In this document: positions 46,569 through 54,952 of the stretch, piece after piece | Numbering within the stretch: position 1 is the first letter of the stretch | Layout of the letters: each line of letters opens with the position of its first letter | NCBI GenBank assembly: GCA_964630055.1 | Contig: CAZVRA010000003.1 | Span: 4,443 to 68,442, forward strand | DNA: 64,000 bases | Direction of reading: 5' to 3' | From: an uncultured Candidatus Saccharibacteria bacterium | Lineage (GTDB): Bacteria; Patescibacteriota; Saccharimonadia; Saccharimonadales; CAZVRA01 | Position numbers and translations under genes: made by a program | The notes under the pieces: generated by a model | Told to the model about the DNA's origin: nothing | Seen by the model: only the letters and a program-made list of their open reading frames with translations | The model's database searches: none

Positions 46569-47939
46569 ATGACAGTCCGCACTAGCGTTAAAAAAATTCT
46601 TCCGTACAAGGTTTTTGAACGTATAGAGCCGACTGGGCATTTGCTAGAAGCAACGCTGGCCCAAATTCGGGGTGGTTTTCCGGCTCGCAAGCTAAAAATT
46701 ATTGGTGTTACAGGCACCGATGGTAAAACGACCACATCAACCCTTATTGCCCATATGCTGCGCAATAGCGGCAAGCGGGTGGCCATGGTCACGACTATAT
46801 CTGTCGATTACGGTGATGGGCGTGGCCCGCGACCCAACCCAACGCGCATGACAACCATGGGGGCGGCCGGTCTTGTTCGCTTGCTCAAAAAAATTCAAAC
46901 TTCGGGAGTAGAATGGCTAGTGCTAGAGACGACCAGTCATGCATTGGCTCAGTACCGAGTTTGGGGTGTGCCTTACAGTATTGCGGTTATGACCAATGTG
47001 GGGCATGAACACCTTGATTATCATAGAACTTTCGAACGTTATCGAGATGCTAAAAAACAGCTTTTTACTTTGGTAAGACGCAATCGTAAAGGCTTGGGGG
47101 TAGGGGTGATAAATGCCGACGATCCGAGCGCGGCCCTGTTTGCCGCCGCTGTGCCTCATCCTATTACCTATGGCATGAACAAGGGTGATTTGCGGGCTGT
47201 AGACATAATTGCTACACCAGCCGGTAGTAACTATGTGGCCAAAATTGGCGACGATACTTACCATGTAAGTTGTCAGCTACCTGGTACTTTTAACGTTTAT
47301 AACTCGTTGGCGGCCGTGGCAGTTGGCCGTGCGGCCGGCCTGAGCAAGGCCCAAATTGAGCAGGGAATCGCTAGCTTGCCCAGTGTCGAAGGCCGCATGA
47401 CCAGGGTGGACGAAGGTCAGAATTTTGATGTTATTGTTGACTACGCGCACACACCAGAGAGTTTCGAAAAACTATTTCAGGAAATAAAGCCTCTGGTTCA
47501 AGGTCGACTAATTGGCGTGTTTGGCAGCGCTGGTCGGCGCGACGAGGCAAAACGAGCGGTCCAGGGCCATATTGCCGGACAATTCTGCGATATTGTAATT
47601 GCTACCGAAGAGGATGATCGTGATATAGATGGTCAAGAAATTCTTGAACAGATTGCTAGCGGAGCCGAAAATGCCGGTAAAAAGCGCGACAAAGACTTGT
47701 TTTTGATCCATGACCGCGAAGATGCGGTGGCAGCAGCCATAGATATGGCTAAGGACGATGACGTAATATTACTGCTCGGCAAGGGACACGAAAAGTCCAT
47801 TTTAAGTAATGGCCCTAAAGCTGCTAAGCGTCGGCATGAGCTACAAAACGACAGCGACCCCGAACGGGTTATCAAACGCTCATATGATGAGGTGCTGACA
47901 GCTCGCAAAGCACTGCGCCGTCGCATACTAAAAAGTTAA
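46569..47939 (+). CDS. murE: Mur ligase, MurE-type (UDP-MurNAc-L-Ala-D-Glu:diamino acid ligase)
   Basis: IIGVTGTDGKTTT P-loop, DYAHTP, GSAGRRD. The specificity motif reads EEDDRD rather than DNPR, so the added amino acid is uncertain. Confidence 0.85.
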   Translation: MTVRTSVKKILPYKVFERIEPTGHLLEATLAQIRGGFPARKLKIIGVTGTDGKTTTSTLIAHMLRNSGKRVAMVTTISVDYGDGRGPRPNPTRMTTMGAAGLVRLLKKIQTSGVEWLVLETTSHALAQYRVWGVPYSIAVMTNVGHEHLDYHRTFERYRDAKKQLFTLVRRNRKGLGVGVINADDPSAALFAAAVPHPITYGMNKGDLRAVDIIATPAGSNYVAKIGDDTYHVSCQLPGTFNVYNSLAAVAVGRAAGLSKAQIEQGIASLPSVEGRMTRVDEGQNFDVIVDYAHTPESFEKLFQEIKPLVQGRLIGVFGSAGRRDEAKRAVQGHIAGQFCDIVIATEEDDRDIDGQEILEQIASGAENAGKKRDKDLFLIHDREDAVAAAIDMAKDDDVILLLGKGHEKSILSNGPKAAKRRHELQNDSDPERVIKRSYDEVLTARKALRRRILKS

Positions 47940-48758
47940 GGCGGCTCGGACTCGTTCGGTGGATTCTAGGGGGTCGTAATCGTTAAACCACATCACGCGC
48001 CACCCACGTTTTTGGGCAGGAATCAAGTTGGCGCGACTGTCATCTACTAGCAATATTTCACCGGCTGGCGCCCTAGCTTCCTTGGTAGAAATTTCGTAAA
48101 TCTTGGCATCGGGCTTAATGATGCCAACCACAGAGGAGTCAATAATAGCTTCATAAGTTAAATTGGGCAGCAACTTTTGTTCTATCATGCTGTCGATAAA
48201 ACCGCTAGGTATATTGCTGAGCAGGCCAATCCGGTAATGCTGGCTGGCCCAATGCAGTAATTCGTGCATTTCTGGGATAGGCTCGACGGCGTCCATGTAG
48301 TAGGCTTTCCAGTCTATTTTGTCTACGCCTAATTTTTTGGCAAACTTGCGGTCGAACTCGGCTACGCTTATTTCCCCGGTACAGAGGGCATCGTTATATT
48401 GCCAAAAAGCTGTCTCGATAACATCCGGTGCAACCCCTGTATCTTGGGCAATAGCCGGAAAGGCCCTATGAAAAAAGCGCACTAAGCAGCCATTGATGTC
48501 AAAATAAATAAAACTAATACCGCTTTTGCTTTGTCGTTTTTGACCAGTTGATGTTGTGCCGAGCAGCTGGTCTAGCGACAACCCCACTACCTGGGCTATA
48601 GTCTGTACAGTAAAAATTGACGGTGATTTTATGGCTCCGCGTTCGATTTTTGCCAGGGTAGAGTAACTCAGGCCCGCCTTTTGACACAGCTGTTGCTGCG
48701 TTAATCCAGCATCTTGACGCGCCTTTTGCAAGACCAGTCCCAAACTCTTCTCGTCCAT
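47928..48758 (-). CDS. XRE-family HTH domain fused to a HAD-like hydrolase domain
   Basis: N-terminal LQKARQDAGLTQQQLCQKAGLSYSTLAKIERG (HTH_3). C-terminal FIYFDINGCLV (motif I with Asn for the second Asp), LLSNIPSG, LLVDDSRANL. Confidence 0.8.
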   Translation of the reverse strand: MDEKSLGLVLQKARQDAGLTQQQLCQKAGLSYSTLAKIERGAIKSPSIFTVQTIAQVVGLSLDQLLGTTSTGQKRQSKSGISFIYFDINGCLVRFFHRAFPAIAQDTGVAPDVIETAFWQYNDALCTGEISVAEFDRKFAKKLGVDKIDWKAYYMDAVEPIPEMHELLHWASQHYRIGLLSNIPSGFIDSMIEQKLLPNLTYEAIIDSSVVGIIKPDAKIYEISTKEARAPAGEILLVDDSRANLIPAQKRGWRVMWFNDYDPLESTERVRAALTF

Positions 48759-48829
48759 AGCCTAATAATACCAGTTGGCATCCAAAACTACCAACTTTTT
48801 GTTATTAAACGGCTACTTAATTTGGCTGT

Positions 48830-49015
48830 CTAGTTCCAGATACTCAGTGCAGTGTAAAAAATAGTATAAAAAACAATTGTGCCCAGCAGCCCAACCACTG
48901 CCGCGACAATTAGCGATTGTTGCGATTGGCCACCATTACGCTTTTGGACAAAATTATAAACCCAGCCCCCAAACCCTATGCCAAAGATGGCTGCAATTAC
49001 TAGTGGATTACTCAT
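48830..49015 (-). CDS. Small two-TM membrane protein (hypothetical)
   Basis: 61 aa with two hydrophobic helices. Confidence 0.45.
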   Translation of the reverse strand: MSNPLVIAAIFGIGFGGWVYNFVQKRNGGQSQQSLIVAAVVGLLGTIVFYTIFYTALSIWN

Positions 49016-49093
49016 GCGCTTATTATAGCATCAGAGCCAGCAAAATATTGTATCTAGCTAGACAGGCTATGTTTATGCACTACAATAGTAGTT

Positions 49094-50209
49094 ATGTTCA
49101 AGAAGCTTGTGCGAATTACAACAGCTGCATTACTGGGGGTAAGTCTATTGTTGCTGGCCGTGGCTATTGGTTTGTCGCAAAGTTTTAGCGCATCAAAAAC
49201 CAAACAGTGGATTAAGCAGAGCGGATTATACAAGTCTTCCGAGTTGGCCGATTCTTTTATCAACAATATTAGCATGACTTTTGGTAGCGAAATGGGAGCT
49301 GGATCTAATACTGGGCCGGCCACGGTGTTTGTAAAGCAAGCCGCTCGCGATGCTTTGTCGCCTAGTTTTTTGCAGTCTTCTGGCGACCAAATAGTGGATG
49401 GAACCTTTCGTTGGTTAGATGGCAAGGCCAGCCAACCTGATTTTAAAATCGATACAAAGGCCGCTCAGGATACATTTAACCAAAGTTTTGCTCGGCAAAT
49501 TAAACAGCGCTATGACAGCCTACCGGTTTGTACTCGGGCTCAGTTGCTCAACCCAAGTATGCTTGCTAGCGATCCAACCAACATTGCCTGCAAAATACCT
49601 GGCGTAGAAATAACTGGTAAATTGCAAGAATCCATAGCTGCCATGCAGAGCAATCCGCTAGTGCCTGGCAACGTGCTAACGTTTCAAACTATGAGCGGGC
49701 AGGGCAGTGATGCGCAAGCAGCTCCTCAAAACAACTTAAAAGACAGCAAATTGCCTCGGCTGTATCGGTTGATAAAAATTACCCCTTGGCTAGTGGCTGC
49801 TTTAACGGTTGTGTTTTTGCTGGTGCTTCTGTGGTCGGCAGGTGGCTTGGCGTCTAGCGCCCAAATAATTGGCCGCGTATTGGTGTTCGATTCCTTGCTT
49901 TTGGCGGTAGGCGTAGGTTTACAAAAGGTTTTCTTGAGTAGCTTGAGTGCTTTTTTGCCCAAGCCTGGCGGCAGCGGCAGTAGCCTTGATGCTAGTAGCG
50001 CTCCCGCCATAAATATACAGGCGGTTTTCGATAAATATACTGCAAAAGTAGCCGATGCGCTGTTGGGTAGTTTTGTAAGATATTTATTAATAATGGCCGC
50101 TATTTATTTGGTCTTAGGCGTGATTTTGATGATAATAGGCCGCCGGCCAACCACTGAACAGCTGGTGCCCGGTGCGCCTTTGCCAACAGCAGCTCCTTTA
50201 GATACTTAG
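49094..50209 (+). CDS. Hypothetical membrane protein (N-terminal anchor, ~200-aa ectodomain, 3-4 C-terminal TM helices)
   Basis: Hydrophobic segments at the N-terminus and in the last ~150 aa. TACAAT lies 7 nt before the ATG. Confidence 0.65.
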   Translation: MFKKLVRITTAALLGVSLLLLAVAIGLSQSFSASKTKQWIKQSGLYKSSELADSFINNISMTFGSEMGAGSNTGPATVFVKQAARDALSPSFLQSSGDQIVDGTFRWLDGKASQPDFKIDTKAAQDTFNQSFARQIKQRYDSLPVCTRAQLLNPSMLASDPTNIACKIPGVEITGKLQESIAAMQSNPLVPGNVLTFQTMSGQGSDAQAAPQNNLKDSKLPRLYRLIKITPWLVAALTVVFLLVLLWSAGGLASSAQIIGRVLVFDSLLLAVGVGLQKVFLSSLSAFLPKPGGSGSSLDASSAPAINIQAVFDKYTAKVADALLGSFVRYLLIMAAIYLVLGVILMIIGRRPTTEQLVPGAPLPTAAPLDT

Positions 50210-50481
50210 AGATCTATCTTTGTCGCCCAATTCTTCTTGGATTTCGCCTATTGATAGGTGTTCTAATTGCGCAGACTGCTCTGGATTAATCGCTTGCATC
50301 TGCACAGCATCTATATCAAGTTGTTGCTCGGCTGGATTAATTGGTGCAGTTGGTTGTTCGGGGGAAGTTAAGAGTATTTTGTTTTATATGTTTTATAATT
50401 TTATATTTTGGTTTTTGTAATTACTAATTATGACATTAACACACTTATGCTAATAAGTCAATATTGTTCTAGGCTAACTCT

Positions 50482-50599
50482 TGGCGGAGAGGGAGGGATG
50501 ATTCGCTACGCTCATGCTACGCCCGAACCCGGGTTCGAACCCCCTACTTCTCTACGAGAAGTAATCCCATCACCCCTAACGGGCTGCTGAGACTACTCC
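50482..50599 (-). other. tRNA-like / tRNA-fragment segment ending in a duplicate of the tRNA-Ser 3' end (possible att scar or tRNA pseudogene)
   Basis: TGGCGGAGAGGGAGGGAT (50482-50499) is identical to 50600-50617. The segment also starts GGAG like the tRNA, and has an 8-bp hairpin TACTTCTC-GTA-GAGAAGTA and GGGGGTTCGAACCC. No complete cloverleaf could be drawn. Confidence 0.5.
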
Positions 50600-50689
50600 T
50601 GGCGGAGAGGGAGGGATTCGAACCCTCGATACCGTTGCCGGCATACTGCTTTTCGAGAGCAGCTCCTTCAACCACTCGGACACCTCTCC
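50600..50689 (-). tRNA. tRNA-Ser (anticodon CGA), class II, CCA encoded
   Basis: Hand-folded: acceptor GGAGAGG/CCTCTCC, anticodon arm CTGCT-CTCGAAA-AGCAG, 18-nt variable arm, T arm GAGGG-TTCGAAT-CCCTC, then GCCA. Confidence 0.92.
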
Positions 50690-50822
50690 GTGCTCGGTTA
50701 TTTTATCACATAAATAGCGCCAAAAATCATGGACAAAAAAGCATAGGCATGTTATGATTAGATCATTATTTAAGCTATAATAAGCTGCAACATGCGATAT
50801 AAAAATACCAAAAATACTAAAA

Positions 50823-53018
50823 ATGCCTAAAAAGAAAAAACTAACCAAAAAAGCTCGCGCTGCTCGTTCTAAATCGGCAGAGGTCACCGAGAGGTCACCT
50901 TTTTGGCCGCTAACAGGGGCAATTTTAATGATCTTGGCGGGGCTATTTTTGGCGCTCGGAGCGTTCAATACCGGCGGACCGATGCCCAAAAACATGTTTC
51001 AGGCGACATTTTGGACCTTGGGCTGGGCAGCTTTTTTGGCGCCCATCGCCCTGATATATTTAGGCATAACCAAGTTCGTTAGCGAGGACAAGCAAATACC
51101 TCTTGGCAAAATGATTAGTATGTTTTTGTGGCTTATTTTGTCGGCCAGTTGGTTCCAGGTAGCGTTTGTTAGCCGCAACGATTTGGGCGCCGTGACAGGC
51201 GGGCACGGTGGTATTATTGGTCAAACCTTTGGCAACGGCGCCTTAGAACTAGTCGACAAAATTCCGGCGGCCGTGTTGTTTTTTGTTTTTCTGGTTTTGG
51301 CCTTCTTTTTTGCTTTTGGTATTTCGCCGGCCGTGGTGCTGCACTTGGGCAAGCTATTTAAACAGCGCCAATCAGACGACACCGACCTGGGCCAGCTCAA
51401 AGCCAAAGCTGTCGAACATAATTTTAAACTAAACGAGGGCGTGCCAGTCGAGCACCACGGCGCTACCAATACGCCGCGGGTTAGTAGCTTGCGCGACACC
51501 GCCGCCAAGCTAACTCCAGCCGAAGACCATAGCGCTTTAACCGTGGCTAGCGATCCGGACTGGCAACTACCCAGCACCAAGTTACTAGACCATAAGCAAG
51601 ATAAAGCCGATGCCGGCGATGTAGAGGGCAATGCTCAGACGATTCAGGAAACTTTTGACAACTTTAACATTGCTGTCGAAATGGAAGGGGCAAATATTGG
51701 CCCGCGCGTTACGCAATACACGCTTAAGCCACCGGCTGGCACGCGCTTAACCAAAATAACCGCTCTAGAGAATAACCTGGCGCTAGATCTGGCGGCTACC
51801 TCTATTCGTATGGAGGCGCCAATTCCGGGCAAAAAGCTGGTTGGTATCGAGGTGCCTAATGTTAAGTCTGCCATGGTTCGCATAAGTGGTATGCTGGAAT
51901 CACCAGAGTGGACCAGCTCCAAAGAGCCGCTTAGTTTTGCAATTGGCCGCGATATTTCGGGCAAGCCGGTCATGGGCAACTTGGCAAAAATGCCGCACCT
52001 TTTGGTGGCGGGGCAGACGGGCTCTGGTAAGTCGGTTATGGTTAATACCATTTTAACCAGTATGCTTTACCGCAACAGTCCGGCCGATCTTAAGCTAATT
52101 TTGGTTGACCCAAAACAGGTCGAAATGAAGCCCTACGACGAAATTCCTCATTTGCTTACCCCTGTAATTACCGAACCCGAAAAATGCATTAGCGCCCTAA
52201 AATGGACAGTGGCCGAAATGGAGCGCCGTTACAAGGCGCTTAGCGATGTGCGCCGCCGCAATATTGTTGAGTACAACACCATCAAAAAAGAGGAAGGCAT
52301 GCCATATATAGTTGTGGTTATCGACGAGCTGGCCGACCTAATGATGATGGCCGCTCGCGACGTGGAGTCGCTAATTGTGCGCATTGCCCAAAAAGCCCGC
52401 GCCGTGGGGATTCACCTAATTTTGGCGACTCAGCGCCCCAGCGTAGATGTTATTACTGGCTTAATCAAGGCCAACGTGCCGGCTCGGATTGCCTTTACTA
52501 CTTCTAGCCAGGTGGATAGCCGGACAATCATCGACCAAATTGGTGCCGAAAAGCTGCTCGGCCAAGGCGACATGCTGTTTTCTACCGCCGACATGCCCAA
52601 GCCCAAGCGCGTGCAGGGCGCCTTTATTAGTGATGGCGAGACCAACAAGGTGACAGACTTTATTCGCGAGCAGCGCGAGCCTCAGTACGACAGCGAAGTT
52701 GTTAGCCAGCCAGTACAATTGAACGGCAAGGGAGGCATTGTTAGCGGCGGCGATGTGGCTGACGCCGACGAACCGGTCTTTCGGCAAGCCGTAGAATGCG
52801 TGGTGCAGGCTGGCAAGGCCAGTACTAGTTTATTGCAACGTCGGCTGCGTATTGGTTATGGTAAGGCTGCGCGGCTGATAGAGACAATGGAAGAACAGGG
52901 CATAATTGGTCCGGCCGATGGCTCGCGGCCCCGCGAAGTGCTGGTGCACAGTGTGGACGAAGTCTTTGGCGGTGATACCGCTGGCGATGTGGCTGACGCC
53001 GACGAACCCCAGGCTTAG
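50823..53018 (+). CDS. ftsK: DNA translocase FtsK
   Basis: N-terminal TM helices, motor domain (VAGQTGSGKSV Walker A, VVVIDELADLMM Walker B), C-terminal gamma winged helix (LLQRRLRIGYGKAARLIETMEEQGIIGP). Confidence 0.95.
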   Translation: MPKKKKLTKKARAARSKSAEVTERSPFWPLTGAILMILAGLFLALGAFNTGGPMPKNMFQATFWTLGWAAFLAPIALIYLGITKFVSEDKQIPLGKMISMFLWLILSASWFQVAFVSRNDLGAVTGGHGGIIGQTFGNGALELVDKIPAAVLFFVFLVLAFFFAFGISPAVVLHLGKLFKQRQSDDTDLGQLKAKAVEHNFKLNEGVPVEHHGATNTPRVSSLRDTAAKLTPAEDHSALTVASDPDWQLPSTKLLDHKQDKADAGDVEGNAQTIQETFDNFNIAVEMEGANIGPRVTQYTLKPPAGTRLTKITALENNLALDLAATSIRMEAPIPGKKLVGIEVPNVKSAMVRISGMLESPEWTSSKEPLSFAIGRDISGKPVMGNLAKMPHLLVAGQTGSGKSVMVNTILTSMLYRNSPADLKLILVDPKQVEMKPYDEIPHLLTPVITEPEKCISALKWTVAEMERRYKALSDVRRRNIVEYNTIKKEEGMPYIVVVIDELADLMMMAARDVESLIVRIAQKARAVGIHLILATQRPSVDVITGLIKANVPARIAFTTSSQVDSRTIIDQIGAEKLLGQGDMLFSTADMPKPKRVQGAFISDGETNKVTDFIREQREPQYDSEVVSQPVQLNGKGGIVSGGDVADADEPVFRQAVECVVQAGKASTSLLQRRLRIGYGKAARLIETMEEQGIIGPADGSRPREVLVHSVDEVFGGDTAGDVADADEPQA
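52749..52774 (+). repeat. Direct repeat copy 1 (GGCGATGTGGCTGACGCCGACGAACC) inside ftsK
   Basis: 26/26 identical to 52983-53008. Encodes GDVADADEP. Confidence 0.95.
52983..53008 (+). repeat. Direct repeat copy 2 inside ftsK, 234 nt downstream of copy 1 and in frame
   Basis: 26/26 identical to 52749-52774. Lies 3 codons before the ftsK stop. Confidence 0.95.
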
Positions 53019-53037
53019 CCTGCTCAGTTTTGCTGCG

Positions 53038-53066
53038 TTGACCACAGTCAATAAATACAGTATAAT
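53038..53066 (+). promoter_or_regulatory. rpsF operon promoter (TTGACC-17 nt-TATAAT)
   Basis: Hexamers at 53038-53043 and 53061-53066. Confidence 0.5.
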
Positions 53067-53086
53067 TACTACTGTAATATTAATCG

Positions 53087-53126
53087 GCTTGTGTCGGGCG
53101 GCAGAATACCGCCACGGAGCACAGGC
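53087..53126 (+). promoter_or_regulatory. Structured 5' leader of rpsF (long imperfect hairpin), candidate S6:S18 autoregulatory element
   Basis: GCTTGTG...GGCGG-CAGAATA-CCGCC...CACAGGC nested helices between the promoter and the SD (GAGGAAAGGA). Confidence 0.4.
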
Positions 53127-53155
53127 TTTAACCAGAGGAAAGGAATTCTCTTATT

Positions 53156-53542
53156 ATGGCAGAGACCACTCAATACGAGGTAGCGGTGCTTTATCATCCA
53201 GATTTGGAAGTCGATCTAAGCAAAGCCGAGGCCAAGGTGCAAAAAATTATTACCGACAACGGCGGTAAAATTACCGACACCGACAATTGGGGTAAAAAGA
53301 AGCTGGCGTATCCTATAGCCAAGCAAGAGCATGCTGTCTACGTTTTTTATACCGTAGAAATGCCCGGTCAGAATTTGGCCAAGGTAGAGGGCTTGCTCAA
53401 TATCGCAAACGAAGTTATTCGTTTTTTGATTACGCGCCCAGACCTAAAAGCTATTGCCAAGGCCGAAGCTACGCTAGCCGACAAAGCCAAGCGAGCCAAA
53501 GAACGTGGCGAAACTACCGAAGAAGAAAAGGCCGAAGATTAA
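53156..53542 (+). CDS. rpsF: 30S ribosomal protein S6
   Basis: YEVAVLYHPDLE...WGKKKLAYPI signature, with an acidic/Lys-rich tail. Confidence 0.95.
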   Translation: MAETTQYEVAVLYHPDLEVDLSKAEAKVQKIITDNGGKITDTDNWGKKKLAYPIAKQEHAVYVFYTVEMPGQNLAKVEGLLNIANEVIRFLITRPDLKAIAKAEATLADKAKRAKERGETTEEEKAED

Positions 53543-53650
53543 ATATTTGTTAAATTCTGGCAAATTTGGACTTGACGTGGGCCGCCAGACAAATGTAGGG
53601 TTAAAGAACAATCAATTAACAGGACATAGTTCCTACAAGGAGGATCAAGA

Positions 53651-54130
53651 ATGGCACGATCATTCAACCAAGTAATATTAATGGGCAACCTAACACGCGA
53701 CCCGGAGCTGAGGCAAACCCCCAGCGGCCAGAGTGTTTGTAGTTTTAGCTTAGCCCTAAACCGCAGCTACAAAGGGCAAGACGGCAACTGGCAAGAGGCC
53801 ACCGACTACATAGACATTGTCGCCTGGGGGCCATTGGGCGAGCGTGTAGCGCAATATCTAACCAAGGGCCGACCATGTTTGGTTAACGGCCGATTACAAA
53901 GTCGCAGCTGGGAACAAGAGGGTCAAAAACGCAGCAAGGTAGAAGTTGTGGCTCAGGATGTTACTTTCCTAGGCGGCCGCAGTGACGGCGAGGGTGGCTA
54001 CGGTGGTGGCAATGCGCCCACTTCGTCCGCATCTACTGCCAAACCAGCCGCCAAAAAGGCTGCCAAAGACGACGTTGTTATAGAGGACATCGGCGATGAG
54101 CCAATCAACCTAGACGACATTCCATTTTAG
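53651..54130 (+). CDS. ssb: Single-stranded DNA-binding protein
   Basis: NQVILMGNLTRDPELRQTPSG OB fold, Gly-rich linker, acidic tip LDDIPF. Confidence 0.95.
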   Translation: MARSFNQVILMGNLTRDPELRQTPSGQSVCSFSLALNRSYKGQDGNWQEATDYIDIVAWGPLGERVAQYLTKGRPCLVNGRLQSRSWEQEGQKRSKVEVVAQDVTFLGGRSDGEGGYGGGNAPTSSASTAKPAAKKAAKDDVVIEDIGDEPINLDDIPF

Positions 54131-54150
54131 TCAATAAGGAGATTATTTAG

Positions 54151-54354
54151 ATGGCAAAAATTTTTAAGCACAAGACTGACGTAGCGTTTTTTGATCACAA
54201 AGATTTTAAAACGTTGCAACGGTATGTGAACCAATATGGTCAGATCGAGACTCGTAAAAAAACTGGCTTGACCGAAAGCCAGCAGCGGCACTTGGCGCGC
54301 GCTATTAAGCGTGCCCGGCACTTGGCGTTGCTGCCGTTTGTGGCACATAACTAG
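54151..54354 (+). CDS. rpsR: 30S ribosomal protein S18
   Basis: DHKDFKTLQRYVNQYGQIETRKKTGLTESQQRHLARAIKRARHLALLPF. Confidence 0.95.
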   Translation: MAKIFKHKTDVAFFDHKDFKTLQRYVNQYGQIETRKKTGLTESQQRHLARAIKRARHLALLPFVAHN

Positions 54355-54378
54355 TATAGGGAGGTATAGGGAGTTGTT

Positions 54379-54945
54379 ATGGCACTAGGTGTAACAGATC
54401 TAAAAAAAGGCCAGGTTTTTCAGCTCGACGGCACGCCGTATCGGGTTGTGGAATATTCCCAAAAAGTTATGGGGCGTGGCGGGTCAATTGTTAATGTTAA
54501 AATCAAAAGTCTGCTAGACGGCAAAGTTCTAGACAAAACTTTTAAAGGCAACGAGTCAATTGAGCCGGCCGATGTAACCTACCAAAATGTTCAATATTTG
54601 TATGGTGATGGCAGCGATTTTCACTTCATGAACGATCAAACTTTTGAGCAATTCCAAATTGCCGCCGACATTATTGGCAGCCAATCGGGCTACCTAAAAG
54701 AGGGCGATATTGTCCAAGCTCAGCTGTTTGATGGCAAGGTCATTAATGTCGAGCTGCCCAAAAACGTACCGCTTAAAGTTACTTATGCCGAGGATGTGGT
54801 AAAAGGCGACACTACCAGTAGCGTACTAAAAGATGCCACGCTCGAGACTGGCGCCGTAGTTAAAGTGCCGGCTTTTGTAAAAGTCGGCGACGTTATAAGC
54901 GTAGACACCACTACTGGTGCTTACCGCGAACGCGTCAAGGACTAG
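54379..54945 (+). CDS. efp: Elongation factor P (Arg at the modified-loop tip)
   Basis: DLKKGQVFQLDGTPYRVVEYSQKVMGRGGSIVNVKIKSLL. The loop residue equivalent to E. coli K34 is Arg. Confidence 0.97.
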   Translation: MALGVTDLKKGQVFQLDGTPYRVVEYSQKVMGRGGSIVNVKIKSLLDGKVLDKTFKGNESIEPADVTYQNVQYLYGDGSDFHFMNDQTFEQFQIAADIIGSQSGYLKEGDIVQAQLFDGKVINVELPKNVPLKVTYAEDVVKGDTTSSVLKDATLETGAVVKVPAFVKVGDVISVDTTTGAYRERVKD

Positions 54946-54952
54946 GCTGGTC

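Noticed and set aside
50210-50480. The AT-rich tract as a replication origin or dif site, and small ORFs within it (plus-strand 66 aa at 50220-50420; a minus-strand 33-codon ORF ending at 50205).
   Set aside because: I found no DnaA-box (TTATCCACA-like) clusters and no dif-like 28-mer. dnaA/dnaN are not nearby. The small ORFs lack credible starts or SDs, and one is Cys-rich low complexity.
50482-50599. Reading the tRNA-like segment as a functional tRNA (Tyr-GUA from the TCGTAGA loop, or a Sec/allo-tRNA with a long variable arm).
   Set aside because: The 5' end GGAGTAG pairs with the 3' CCTCTCC at only 5 of 7 positions. Position 33 would be C. No D arm or regular T arm can be drawn. It is kept only as a fragment or scar candidate.
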